Below are positions 1 through 12,465 of a stretch of DNA of 64,000 bases, piece by piece. This DNA comes from Cystobasidiomycetes sp. EMM_F5 (Eukaryota). Position numbers and translations under genes: made by a program. The stretch spans positions 310,001 to 374,000 of the forward strand of contig JBPGPT010000001.1 in the NCBI GenBank assembly GCA_051047955.1. The letters are read 5' to 3'. The first letter of the stretch is position 1, and each line of letters starts with the position of its first letter. The notes below the pieces were generated by a model that saw only the letters and a program-made list of their open reading frames with translations, was not told the origin of the DNA and searched no databases.

Positions 1-1385
1 CCATAAGTGACCTGATGTGGCTCACTCCATAAACAATCCCATACACTCCTGCATAGGCAGCGATGCCAGCCCAATTGTGCAGAGCGGGAAATACCCAAGC
101 CAGAAGCTAAATTGAAGCGGTGAGCACGGGTTGAGAGGACGTCATCAGGGTCAACGTACACATGCACTGAAAACTGAAGCCACGACTACGTTGTGGCAGC
201 CGACCCAGTCAGCCACTATTGGTGGGACACTATTGTTATGAATCAGCCATTATAGCCTAACAATAAAATCCCGTCCCAGAACACTCACACACGGCCAATC
301 ATGCTCACACCGTTGAAGATTGCTATTGACCAAAATGCAGTGTCCTTATCGACGCCCTTGTATCGAGCGAACGATTGAATGTAGAAGACGGGATAGAATA
401 TGCCCAGCACAGTAGCCATGTAGGCAAAGACTGTGCAGGTATAGGAAGGAGAGCGGAAGACGGAGAAGTCTAAGAGGGGTCGATGGTTCGGAGGAAGTTT
501 CTTTTGCTTCATCACCAGCCAAGCCAGTCCTTGGAAGACAAAGCAGAGAAAGCCGGATGTGCGCAATGCCCAATCCAGACCAATCTTGGGATTGTTGATC
601 ATTTTAGAAAGATATATAGGTATAACAAGACCAGATACAGCCGAACCGGATGACAGCAGGGCATTTGCCAAACCTCTTTTCTTCTTGTAATAGCTTGTCA
701 CGCAGGCTACAGATGGAGTGAAGCTACTGCCCAGGCCGACACCAAGAACAACGCCTTGGGACAGGATGTAATGCCAGTATTCGGTGGACAACGATGCCAT
801 CATGAACCCGAAAGTTGTGCAGATGCAGCTACAGCCCAAACTGCGCGGGTATACGGAACTCAGCTTGGCAAAATCAGTACTGACTTTCCTGCTACTCACA
901 TTGTCCTCATCCAGCCAGAATCGTATAGACGTCCTGTAAACACACTCGATGAATACACCATGAAAAGCTGAATGGATCCAATCCATGCGATCTGACTAGC
1001 CGTGTGGGAAGACAGTCGCGACTCGACATAGTGACTTTGGAAGACGCTCCAGGATCCGACGAAGCCCCAGGTACAAAAGCTGATGCGATACCAGAAAGTC
1101 ATCAAGACCCATTCGGCACGTCAGGTATACGTCGACGTACTAGACTGCCCATGCACCCAGAATCGCCCTCACTCCAAGTGCTCCTCCTTCCGGATCGTCT
1201 ACCAATGTCTTTGCGGCATCTTCAGAAGATTTTTCGCTGAACTGAGCAGCGTTTCCTTTTGTACTGGTCCCAGCTTCCTCGTTCATAATGTCTTTGGCAT
1301 CAACTCCGATGCCGCAGGTGGCAAGGACTCCTTCGTTAGCGGGCACAGAGGCTGCTGTGCGTGCAACTCCATGATTGCGACTCAT
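1..1385 (-). CDS. MFS monocarboxylate transporter-like (MCH/MCT family), multi-exon, 3' end runs off the window
   Basis: Exons encode 'PEGG...WAV', 'WGFVGSWSVFQSHY', 'IAWIGSIQLF', 'GRLYDSG', 'SQGVVLGVGLG', 'YYKKKRGLANALLSSGSAVSG' and 'LLDFSVFR', all typical of MCT-type MFS transporters. Confidence 0.9.
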
Positions 1386-1558
1386 CAGGACATTGTTTTT
1401 AGTTAGTTAGTTGAAAGGGAAGCACATCGCATTGAAGGCCTCCTTGATATATTAGCCGTGCCGAAAGTAAAGAAGTTGCCGGTTTCTGCGACAGATGTTT
1501 GGAAATTTCCAACATTCAACGGATCGCTCCTCAGTTTGATCCTGCAAGACCTCATGCC

Positions 1559-2791
1559 ATGTCTTCAGCATTATCGCAACCGACGTTTGCGCAGTCCTTG
1601 ATTGTGCGCGACCTCCCATCTATCTAGCCACTGTGCACGTCATGAACCGAATGTCGCACCGAGAGGCTCACACAGATAGACTCGTACTTTGACCAGGCAG
1701 GCGGAATCGCTGGGACAAGTGTCGATGTGGCTCTTTTCCCTCTGGATACCTTGAAGACTCGGCTTCAGTCTGCAGATGGCTTCTTGAAAGCTGGCGGTTT
1801 CAACGGCGTATACAGGGGATTAGGGAGCGTAACAGTAGGATCAGCGCCCGGAGGTATGTCAGCGTACGGGTCCTTCCGTGGGTTCGTCCCCATCTAATGT
1901 GACCGGCTTGCCATGTCTAGCGGCATTTTTCTTCACCGTATATGAGCAACTCAAGATTGCTTTGCCGCGAGCATTTCCTGCTCTTCGAAGTCCCGATGCC
2001 GCTCCAGCGATCCACATGCTAGCAGCCAGTGGGGGTGAAATCGTAAGTGCGTGTGCTTCGTCCTTTACGAGAGTGTAAATCTGACCAAGTGATCCGATGA
2101 CTGCGACAGGCTGCCTGTTTGATCCGCGTTCCAACAGAGGTTATAAAGTCTCGGCAACAAGCAGCAATTTATGGTACCACAGGCGGATCACTTGCTGCTG
2201 CTCGAAGGGTATGGCAAATTTCTGGATTGAAAGGCTTCTATCAAGGTTTCGGCAGCACTATCGCTAGAGAAGTAGGTCAAGAAGTGCTTGCAGGCAGTCT
2301 CTTCCTAATTGATTTGCATGTCTCAGATACCTTTCACTTGCATACAATTTCCGCTATATGAGAGACTGAAGCTCGTTACCGCCAAGCAAGGTTTGTCATT
2401 ATCAAGTGTCGATGACTTGCCCGCAAGATATGCTGCGGCCTGCGGAAGCGTAGCCGGAGGTATCGCGGCTGCAATCACTACTCCTTTGGACGTTGCGAAA
2501 ACGCGCATCATGCTAAGTACACGTGTAAGTCAAAGCCATGAACAGCATGTAGCAGAAAATTGAATGTCCAATGGTCGTCGCTTTCTGCAGGACGCCTCAT
2601 CTACCATTAAGCCGTACTCAACAAACTTCGTTACTACCATCTCGCGGATAGCGAAAGAGGAAGGGCCGTCAGCCTTGTTCAGGGGAGTAGCGCCCCGAGT
2701 GATGTGGATTAGCATAGGTGGAGCAATATTCTTGGGAGTTTACGAACGCGCTAAGCAGATCTTAGTCCGCACCAAAGTGTTGGCACAATAG
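1559..2791 (+). CDS. PET8: Mitochondrial carrier, S-adenosylmethionine transporter
   Basis: Spliced start [39 protein letters not shown]. Carrier motifs '[11 protein letters not shown]' and '[12 protein letters not shown]' are present, and the C-terminal '[18 protein letters not shown]' is characteristic of Pet8/SAMC. Confidence 0.9.
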
Positions 2792-2958
2792 AAAAAGAAT
2801 GTCGCATGCTCAAGTCGCAGCGTTGTGACACACACTTCAGTATGGATAATATGTTTGCAGGTGCTATGGATATATGCGGCAGCCTTGATGAACTCCCCGT
2901 GATATAAAGCGACTATGGCTACATAATGTTTCATACAATGACCTAAAACCCTGTACCC

Positions 2959-5900
2959 TCATCTGGCAATTTCAGCCTTCGGATCGCCTTCAGAACTTCC
3001 CTGACTGCTTGACTGTGCACCTAACACATCATGCTCGGTGCCAGCAGGGGTCGTGGCGCGAGAAGGCTGTTCCGAATAGATGGTTGACAAATAGCCATTA
3101 AGGCCGTGTGGTTTCGGCTCACTCGCTGAACGGCTACGGTCATCAGTTGCAGCCGTCACGTCGACGGAGGGCTGGCGTGTGCGACTGGCATCGAAGGTCG
3201 CTGATCGTGGCGCTTTGAAAGCCTGCTCGGGAACACTCGGTCGTCGACTGTGTAGCTTTCGCAGCGTACCGCCTCCGGTGTTCGATCGAGAGTCTGAGTG
3301 GGGACCAAAGTACTGCTCTGCAGCGCTGGCATTGTTCTGGTTATCTTCCATTGTATTGGTACCTATCCGCTGCAAGCTCCGAGTATTTCGCATAGCTTCG
3401 ATATCAGAGGGTCTGTGCGAGGTCAGTAGTTAGCCAAAATACAATCTTAGCACGAACTGTACTGACAGTAGGATGGATCGGCTAGCAAATGTTGCAGGTT
3501 AGCCTGAAAGATGCATGTCATCAACTGTATTGCTTACTCGATAGCAACAGGCAGTCCACGATGGCGACCACGGATCATCACGGCGCATACAATCAACTTA
3601 GACAGTGTCCGGAAGCCACCGCATAGTGAAAAATTTGCCTAGCACAGGCCGTTAGCCCCCAATTATCAGAGCTTGCAGCGAAAGCTTACATAAGGCACGC
3701 CAAGTGATAATCCAACTGTGCCATAGGCAGAGACAAGCTCGAACATGATTGTGAAGACCGTGAAGTAACCATCGGACTCTGGATTGTCAATCTCATTTCG
3801 CTGGTAGGCATGCCAATTTTCAGTCCGAGTTCAAGACACAGCAGTAACTGAGGCTAGCACCAACCTCGATAATACAGACTGTGAGCATGTACTTGTCAGT
3901 AATTTTTCGTTATTGTTCGGACATATCGTGGCGTACTAGCCCAAAGCGCAAGCGCGAGCCACCAGATGTCGAAAGCTAGTTGTTTCCGAGCGTGATGAGC
4001 TGCGCTGGCTGTCAGTGGTGCCTCTGCATACGATGAGTGCTTCGAATTACCGAAGTACGAGCCCGCTTTGTGATTCTTCGCAAAGTCTGCCTCCAGCTGG
4101 GAATCAGTGTCCTCCTCGTCATGGAACACGCCCCTGAAAGAAGTATCAAGCATGGTCAATGGGTGTTTATTCCAGGCACAGGCATTCACTTACATCGATC
4201 GTTCTTCGTACACATTGGTTGCTCTTATGGAGATTGCGACGGGATACACAGCCACATACCTGAAAGTGAAAATTGCTTAGTATGTTTGAACGTATATTAG
4301 CGCGGACAAACTTGCATCATGACGACGTAGAGAACTTTGACGGCTGGGGCCAGCTCCGCCAGAGGTACAATAGCAAAGCCGGCTGACCGCACGGCGAAAG
4401 ATTGTAAGAGTCCATCGATCATTCGCGTGCCCACACCTAGCGCATCCAACGTCGCATTGCCGATATCAAGGACAAGGAAGCAGACCCAATCGGTGCAATT
4501 GAGGATGACGAGCATTCCGAGCAGAAGCCACGTCTGATGCGACGGGAATAAGTAGATGTAGCAACGACGGGGGTGATCCAGCAAAAACTGAAGAGTCTCG
4601 TGTAACCTCGATGTTTTAGGAACGAGCTTGGAGAGTACCCAGATACTAAAGCGTAGAAATACAGGAAAGGCGGTGTTGCCAGCCAGGATACAGAAGCCCA
4701 GGACCAAGATCCATCTGCACGAGTAGCGGGTCAGCCTTTGATTGACACACGAATCGGGTATTACTTGCGAGTATGCAGTTTGAAAGGTTATCATTGAAGT
4801 GTCCAGCAAAGACAGCCCAGAATTACTATACGCAGAAACAATATTGAACGCGGCATACCAGCCGCCGCTGTTGGTAACACTGCCGACATCGGCAAATTGC
4901 CAGGCATATAATGTCTTCATCACTGGCGCAAATATTATGATGGGAATCAGTTGCACCAAAACGTAATAAGCTGCCACGATCTTCAGCAGAGCCGACAGAG
5001 CCTGTATATCCATATTACTGTTAACTCAGGCTATCGGACTGCCAGGGTTTCACGTACTCGATATTCCACACCACCAAGCTCATCTCTTTGCGCAGCCGTC
5101 AAGCTATAGAAGTATGAATTGCGCCCGACTGTCGCATCAAAGGTGATATAGCTGACAGCTCTGGTGGGTCCACCGGAAATATTGTCAAGGCCTCTCTCCG
5201 AATGCACGCTTTGTAGCGTATTCGTACGCGGAACATCCAGAGTGGCGGTTTTGGCCAATATTCTATCTCTTGCCGCGGTAGCTACAAATTTGACGGGGTT
5301 CGGAAATCCACCAAAGCCCTGTGTCATAGCAGTCTGACGCGTTACTGTCCGTGGGAAGTCTCCAGTATTGCCCTTGACAGCTTCGACCCCTACTCGTCTC
5401 GAAGCAGCTATTGCAGGACAAGTCAGCGTTTTTACTCTCTAAGGCTGTTACCAACCGCATACTTCGCTCCAGGGCTACTCCAGTAGTCCGTCTGCGCATG
5501 CCATCGCCAAGACCAGCGCCGATATGCGGAATAGCCGTAGAATGTGCACCTCCTCTGTGCACTGGCCTGTCGGGCTCGCGAATGTCGATAGTCTGGGTAC
5601 GCGGAAAGGTACTTGTGTTTGGCGCAGGAGACAGCTTGCTAACCGGCCCTGGCTCGAGTGTCCGTACCCTTTTGATGTTACGGCTCAGGCTTGCTGCTCG
5701 AGGCCTGCCCACATCGGCTACGGAATCGCTCATGCGGCGATCTCGACTTTGTATTGATACCCTGGACCGCCCAGCGGGACTGCCTCGATGCCGTGCTGTA
5801 GTCGTATCGTCATCACTGTCCCCTTCGCTCTCATCCTCGTCTTCTTCGGTTGCGTCTGGGTCACTGTCGTCAGCTGTAGTGCGCTGCCAACGACAACATC

Positions 5901-7372
5901 AGAATTGTGCGTCGCTCAGGATAATCGGAGACAGGCAAGGCTCACGCGTCTCTGCCTTATCAATGCGTCTGGCTCCTCTATTGAGATGAATCTCGATCGC
6001 GGGGTTCCTTGCAGTGCAAGGTCTCGTTCTGGCAACTGCTCTGGGCTTTCTGTCCTTATAGGCTCGTTTTCCTGTTCCTGTTGAAATCGTCCCTCTCGCT
6101 TCTCGTCCGATGAGGACCTTCTCGGTTGTATACCGTCAAGTCCAAGAGCGGCGGCTTGCATCTCCGACATCTGACCAGAGAGTTCTCTACTGGGTCTACG
6201 AGGCGACCCTGGTTGATCCGATAGGAAACCTCCGACATTCATCTGGTTGACGCGAACAGGTTCATCTATCCGCCTGATCATGCTTGTGCTCAATTTTGTC
6301 CGCTTTCGCTTCTTGTTGGCCTGCGCAGCAGGGACAGGTCTCGTATTGCCTGGCGAACCCATTGTCGGGAGATTCGAGCCGTTCTTCTCGCTCAGTGCGA
6401 ATGGATTCAGGACATTGTGAAACCGCTTGCCTTCTTGTCGCGACTCGACATCTTGGACTCGCTTTCTGATTCGAGCATCAGATTTGACAAGACTTTCAAA
6501 CCGCTTGCGGAAGAAATGCCTCCTGATGAGGATGGTAATGAGCGAAACTCCCGTCTGACGCAGCCGAAAAGACAAAGATGGTTGTTCAGTGTTGGGTCGT
6601 GATTAAACAGCTGTGTACATATAGACTAACAGTACTTCCGATGCAGGAGAGAAAGAAAGCGATAGCTTGCTGCCACGTTGCAATGTCTTGCATGAGTATC
6701 GGGTTAAGACCGGTGACCGTCATTGCGGAGACGCTGCATGTAGCAAAGGCGTAATTCAAAGGTATGCGACGTCAGTGTGTGCGAATGCAACCAGTCCCTT
6801 GGCATTGCAACCCACGCCAGTGTAAGGTGGTTTGCGAAATCATTGTTGGATTCGTCCCAGGCATACATGAAGGCAGCAGCTATGATAGGGGTAATTGTGA
6901 AGAATAAAAGGTGGATCTGAAGAGCGAGAACATTGTCAGTCGCAGGAATCCTGTAATTGTCTTATTTTGGATTCATCGACGTACTCGGTAGAAATTGAGG
7001 GATCTTGGGATGGGGAAGCGCGAGTAGAGAAACAGAAGACATCTTGTCAGCAGAAATAGAAGCTTATTGCGCGTCTGTTATGCTAGCGCACTCTCCACAC
7101 CAGCGTATGAATCGTCGTAGAATACGATGCGCTTTTCCGCGGAACGTTGGCGGCGACTCTTCATCATCCAACTCGTCTCCATCCTCTTCATTGTCGTTGT
7201 TGCGTCCAGTCGCCTCTGCATCCCCCCGATACGACCTGCTTCTGGTCAACTCGGGTCCCGACAATGTGGCTGCAGACCGCGGCGGCGGCGGCGGCGGCGT
7301 CGGTGCGCTCTCCTCTTCATCGTCCCCATCTTCCGGCGGCTCAATGACCTGCGTTCGCTCAAGCGGAGGCAT
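2959..7372 (-). CDS. TRK1: Trk-family potassium uptake transporter, multi-exon
   Basis: Contains 'SAMTVTGL', 'IRRHFFRKRF', 'VGRNS...QRDELGGVEYR', 'SAYSNSGLSL', 'FLLDHPRRCYIYLFPS', 'VRSAGF', 'SAYGTVGLS' and 'RGRHRGLP'. Confidence 0.93.
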
Positions 7373-7745
7373 GTATGGGCAGATTTACGCAGCGTCGTCG
7401 AAGTTGGCAGGGGTGCTAAAGCTGAAAACGCGCCCAGACTTGTAAATGGATCGGAACGGGCTTCGTCCGTCAAACCTCAACAGGATTTGTTGAGCACAGT
7501 ATGCTGATGTCCGACCATCCAGTCCGCAATGAGTCGCTGTTCAGATCATAGTACAATGATCCTTTGTGACCGCACGTGCTATCTGGGGAAGATGACGATA
7601 TTTGTCATAAAAGAAAATACGATAGCGGTATCCATTTGCCTTTGCGAAAGTACTGTAATGCTGTAGTGATACATTGCTACACATGATATGTTACTCTGTG
7701 CCCGGTATGCTTCCTTTGCGTACTTTATGCGATTTATAGAATTGC

Positions 7746-9066
7746 TCATTTGTGTAAACATGGCTGGAGGAAGGCAGCACTCGGCTCAGTGGTGCCATCC
7801 TGTCTGCGGTTGACCGCAGGAAAACGCACCATGCTTCGTAATTGCTCAGATAATGCTTGCGAAGGCCCGGCTGGTCGGACTAAAGCGGATTGGGTTTCTC
7901 TTTTTTGTCGGCTATCAGGCGAGACCGACAGGGTCTCCCACTCATGCGGCGCCTCCCATGACTGCGCATTTGCAGACCCATCCGCCGTCGAATCGTGGCC
8001 TTTCTCGGCCGTGACTATGGTGAATTGGCGGACGTGTGCGCACAGGCAAGGAGGCACATTTTCCACCTCATCCTGTGATGAAACTGAGGGACTCAAGCTG
8101 CGTGCGCGTCGTGTCGTGGCTTCCAAGCAGTACACAAAGCTCAAAAGGTACAGCGATGGCGTGACAGCTGTGCGGTGTGATAACTCAAGATTCAGCCAAA
8201 TAATCATCTTGAGCGTTTGCCGATGCAGCCACGTACCGCACAACGCCCAATAAGTCGCTCTCAAAACTACAAACTTGAAGGCGATACCACCGACAATGCA
8301 GGACGCGAGTACCAGAAACCATGGAATAGCGCATGTCTCGAAGGAAACGCGGATAAGTCCATTGACCAGATTCTCGGCACGTTTGGGCAAGCCGTCCTGT
8401 TTCCTCATCCTTAGGTTGTGCACGAGGACACAGGTTATGAGCGTATCGACGCATAGACTGGCCCAAGAGAACAGCTGGGGGCAGACGAGAGAGGCAGTAA
8501 AGTTGCGTCCGCCAGTGAAAGCGGGACCAAGTACTACAAGAAAATATGTCAATGCATCCACTCACGGAAGCGCGAAGGTTTGCACAATTGCACAATCACG
8601 TACAAAGACCTGAGAACGTCAAGGCGGAAGCGAGACTGAGGGTTATGAGGATGGCAACAATAACCCCGAAGAATATATTGCTACGAGCTAGACGCCAACA
8701 CCGAAACGCCATGAAGCTCTGGGTAATCGCAGCAGTAAGACCGATCGGGATGGGTGCCATAGCTCGACAAAGTCTTGCCCCAGACATGATGCCAAATGAG
8801 CGATCTTGTCTAATGGAGAAATCGGCAAGCTCCCAGAAGCAAACGAGCATTCCAAATGTATTGAAAAGGATAGCCGCCAGTAGCATCGGTCTAGCGTAAG
8901 GTATAGTAGAAGTCATGCTCCTCCTGCCGTGCCCGATATTGAGCATATCCCATGCCCTCGTCGTTGCGTACGCCCCGACCATCATCTGGAGACCCCATGC
9001 TATCACAGGAGGAACCAGAATCTGCGTTACGTACTCCTGGCTTGCTGTTGGTTGTAGTGTGTCCAT
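7746..9066 (-). CDS. Hypothetical multi-pass membrane protein (basidiomycete DUF6534-like), 2 introns
   Basis: ORFs 8596-9066 and 7746-8561 join through a GTACGT..TAG intron. Hydrophobic helices include 'QSFMAFRCWRL', 'DTLITCVLVHNL', 'LIRVSFET' and 'PSLYLLS'. The family assignment is from pattern only. Confidence 0.65.
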
Positions 9067-9786
9067 CTTCTTCGGCCAAGAAAACCCGTTTTAGCCGACT
9101 TGATCTTGACTGAATGGTCAGTGCAAATGTGGTCACAGGTTGACTTGACGCGACATTGGTGCACCGCAGTATGTAATGCAGGGTACCGAAATATGGTATG
9201 TTGTTTTGAGTATGGAAGCAAGCTTCGTTGTGCTAGATCTCCCCGTAAAGTGCTCAATCATGCAAGAAAGGCACGATCGCGACTTTTGCACGCGTGGGCA
9301 TGTTTACTCCCCGCACGCCTCTTGGACATATGCGAAAATCTTGAACGCATCCTACAGTACTACAGTAGTACTATGTGTAATTTCCTGTACGTTATCACCC
9401 AACTACGCCAGGATGACTAGCCGCTACATCAGTCCCCGGGCCCTCGTAGGAATGGTGCGTCTAGAACAACATCCTGCAACACTCTGCGGAGACAGCTAAT
9501 CGACGACGCAAGTCTCAGACCTATGCGTGCTCCGGCAGTCTCGGCGCGTACACACAATGACCTACCACAGCATTCGAACCATTCGACTGTGACAGGCTAA
9601 ATCCTGGCCGCGCGCGTCCAGCGCACTTGAGCCTGATAGCACTGATTTAAAGTTGTAAACCGGCATGCGTGCGCCTGAGCCATCGTAATACAGAAGGATG
9701 CCACTCACTGTTGACGTTGTCTCCTTCAAAAGCGGATCTCACAGCATTGTGCCGGGCGAGAACCTCTGCGTTTGAGAGTATGCTGC

Positions 9787-10387
9787 CTACGATTCGGAAG
9801 ATCGCTCCACAAGACGGTTTGCTGCAAGAACTTCATCCTTGCTGCATGCCAGGTACGTTTGGAGTACAACTGGTCGACTAAAGCCCATTGCCTCCAGGCG
9901 CTCCACACTGGCACTCTCCTCGACAGTCAATCCGTTTTGTGCGCGTGTATTCTCCACGGCAGCATCACACTCCAGGAGTTCCTTTGCGTTACTCGCAATA
10001 GCAGCGGACAATTCAGGATTCTCTTGTTCCAGTTGCGCCAACAATGCCGGTACAAGCGATGGATTCTCGTATGTCAGACTCCTCAATTGCAAGACCGCCG
10101 GACTGTTTCGCAGCTTCGCCAAAACCGTCTCATTATCATCAGCGCTTGTCTTGGCGTGGTTCTTCTGGACAGCCTGAGGCGCTGTTCCCGTAGCGTCGAC
10201 TCCGACTTCCACGTGTACACCGACCTGTTTTGACGATTGAGATATGCAACGGAAGCGCTAGCGCGGTGATCTGCTCACGGGTGCGCCGGTTCTGACTGGC
10301 TGAAGAGTATCCTGGACGAAATAGTCAGGTTGTTGCGCGCGACGGCGGACTCATTTCCTTAACCGCGAATTCAAGACTTACAGACAT
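9787..10387 (-). CDS. Truncated RAD23 paralog with XPC-binding (STI1-like) and C-terminal UBA domains only, about 158 aa
   Basis: Exons 10387-10382, 10311-10279 and 10224-9787 have canonical GTAAGT..CAG and GTGAGC..CAG introns. 'LRNSPAVLQLRSLTYENPSLVPALLAQLEQENPEL' and 'VERLEAMGFSRPVVLQTYLACSKDEVLAANRL' align with the neighbouring RAD23. Confidence 0.8.
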
Positions 10388-10683
10388 GATGGTGGAGACG
10401 GCTAAGTATCAGTAAATGCGAGGTGCAGGGCCGTATAAGAGGGCAGGGCCAACCTGCGCCATCGTTGTGGGCGCACGTAACTTTCGATGTTTCTGCCGTA
10501 ACTCGGAGCATCGCTCAACGGCTCTCGAAAATGACAGAATCAACAATGAATGAAGGTCGACTTGAGGTCGACGAGTCGCTGAAGCAAGCCCATGTGTAGG
10601 GTATGGAGAAAGGGGAAATCTGCCCATTATGACCTTAACCATTTGACGATCACGATACAGCTAGGATTACTACATTCCAACGT

Positions 10684-12238
10684 CTATTGCTGCGGTTCGT
10701 CTTCAAAATCATCCATCCCGTGTTCAATGAGGTAGTTGGCAGCAAGCTCTTCGTTCCTATCGCATGCAATGAATGCTTGAATGACCTGTTGACGGTCGAA
10801 ACCCATAGCTTGCAACCTCGTCAAAGCTTCGCCCTCAGCTTGGGAAACCGCGATCTGAGTTTGGCCAGCCGCAGGACCCGCTTCCCCTCCTTCGAAGTCG
10901 TCATCGCCCAAAGCGCCCAGGTCTACTCCGCTTCCTTCAGCTAACATCTCGAGGAAAGCTTGCTGATTCCTAGAGATGAGCTCAAACAGGTGTGGATTCG
11001 TTTCCCCTAATTGCGCTAGGAATGTTGAGAGTAGTGCCGGATTCTGCTGGACAAGAAGCCTCAATTGGCCAACTAGAGGATTATTTCGCAAGGCTGCAAT
11101 CTCGGCAGCATCGTTGTTGGTGGCGCCTCCTCCACGTGGAGCAGGAGTTGGTGTCGCCTCAGCTGCACCAGGGTTGCCCCCTCCTTGTGCAGCCTGCGCT
11201 GCTGCTTGGAACAAATTTCGAGGCTGGGGAGCAGGAGCTGCAGGAGGCTGCTGGGTTTGCGTCGGTGCTGGCGTAGACGGAGCGGCGGAGGTATTTGGCG
11301 TGCCTTGCGGACCACTTTGCGGTGGACCTTGTGTAAGCAGATGAGCTGGTATGCCCTGTAATACACCAGGAGGCAAATCAGCACCGGCTGTCTCGATGTC
11401 GGTAGGCGATGGAGACTTACGGTCATGAGATATTCTACCGCACGATCTGGATTATTGTAGGCGGCTCGTAATGCTCGCATGACTTCGTCACGGGGAAAGC
11501 CCATAGCCATCATTTCGTTTGTGGCGTTTTCCAACGCACTTCCGGTCACAAAGCCCGTGCTACCGAATCCAGAGTCTCCTGCCGGCGCGGCCGTGGAAGA
11601 GGCGGGCGCAGCTTCTGTAGGAGCAGGTGCAGTAGTTGTTGCGGTTGCCTCAGTCATGGTTGCGTCGCCGGATTCTTCGGATTTCACTGGAAGCTCGACC
11701 GCGGCAGTAGTGGTCGGTGCGCTTGGTGCGGCGGGCGCCGTTGCTGTACTCGTAGGCTTGCTTTCAGACGCGGTCGGTGCAGTAGGTGCTGGAGCCGCCT
11801 TGGGCTGAATCAACAGGATTATAAGGTCTCAGTGCCGTCATCTTGCAATTGCGCATTGGCTTGCACACACCTTGCTGACCATGACGACCATGAAGTCTTT
11901 CCCTTCCTTGAAGTTGAGCGATTCGACCGTCTTGTCATCGGCGAGAATCTTGCCTGAGCGACGCCAATAATACGTTTGGCGAGCGTCAGTTCACGAGATC
12001 CGACGTGACAGCATACCGGACTGTGAGCGTGCTCACCCGAGAATATGAGCTTCTGCGAGTCTATAGTGAAGGACTGGCTGTCCTGTACCTTCTTTTTGAT
12101 GTCCAGGACCTGCAAAACCATGACCAGCCGCGTCAGTTTGGACGTAGCCTCAGGCAAGGTATCATCGCACACCGTCTCTGACGGCTGGACATCGACGGTG
12201 AAGACCTTCTGCTGAAGGGTCTTGAGCTGTATCTTCAT
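10684..12238 (-). CDS. RAD23: UV excision repair / ubiquitin shuttle protein Rad23
   Basis: UbL 'MKIQLKTLQQKVF..QKLIFSG', UBA1 'MMAMGFPRDEVMRALRAAYNNPDRAVEYL', XPC-binding 'LRLLVQQNPALL' and UBA2 'LQAMGFDRQQVIQAFIACDRNEELAANYL'. Confidence 0.96.
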
Positions 12239-12465
12239 GGCAGTTTTCGGTATGTGTGTAGAGACAAGCCCCGGTAGGGTGGCGGATGTTGCAGTGATGT
12301 CGGCGCAATATACCGCAGACGGCAGCTACAGTACCGCACTATGCCCTTGTATGCTATACTGATGAACGCGGATTAATGATGACAACAATTCCAATATGTA
12401 TTCCTCAGCAACAAACTCCGTAAATAGCCAAAGATTAGAGGCCGCGATAACAGGATTGCAGCACC

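Noticed and set aside
9040..10311. Similar N-termini MDTLQP (9066) and MSDTLQP (mini-RAD23)
   Set aside because: Only five residues match and the codons differ, so this is probably chance.
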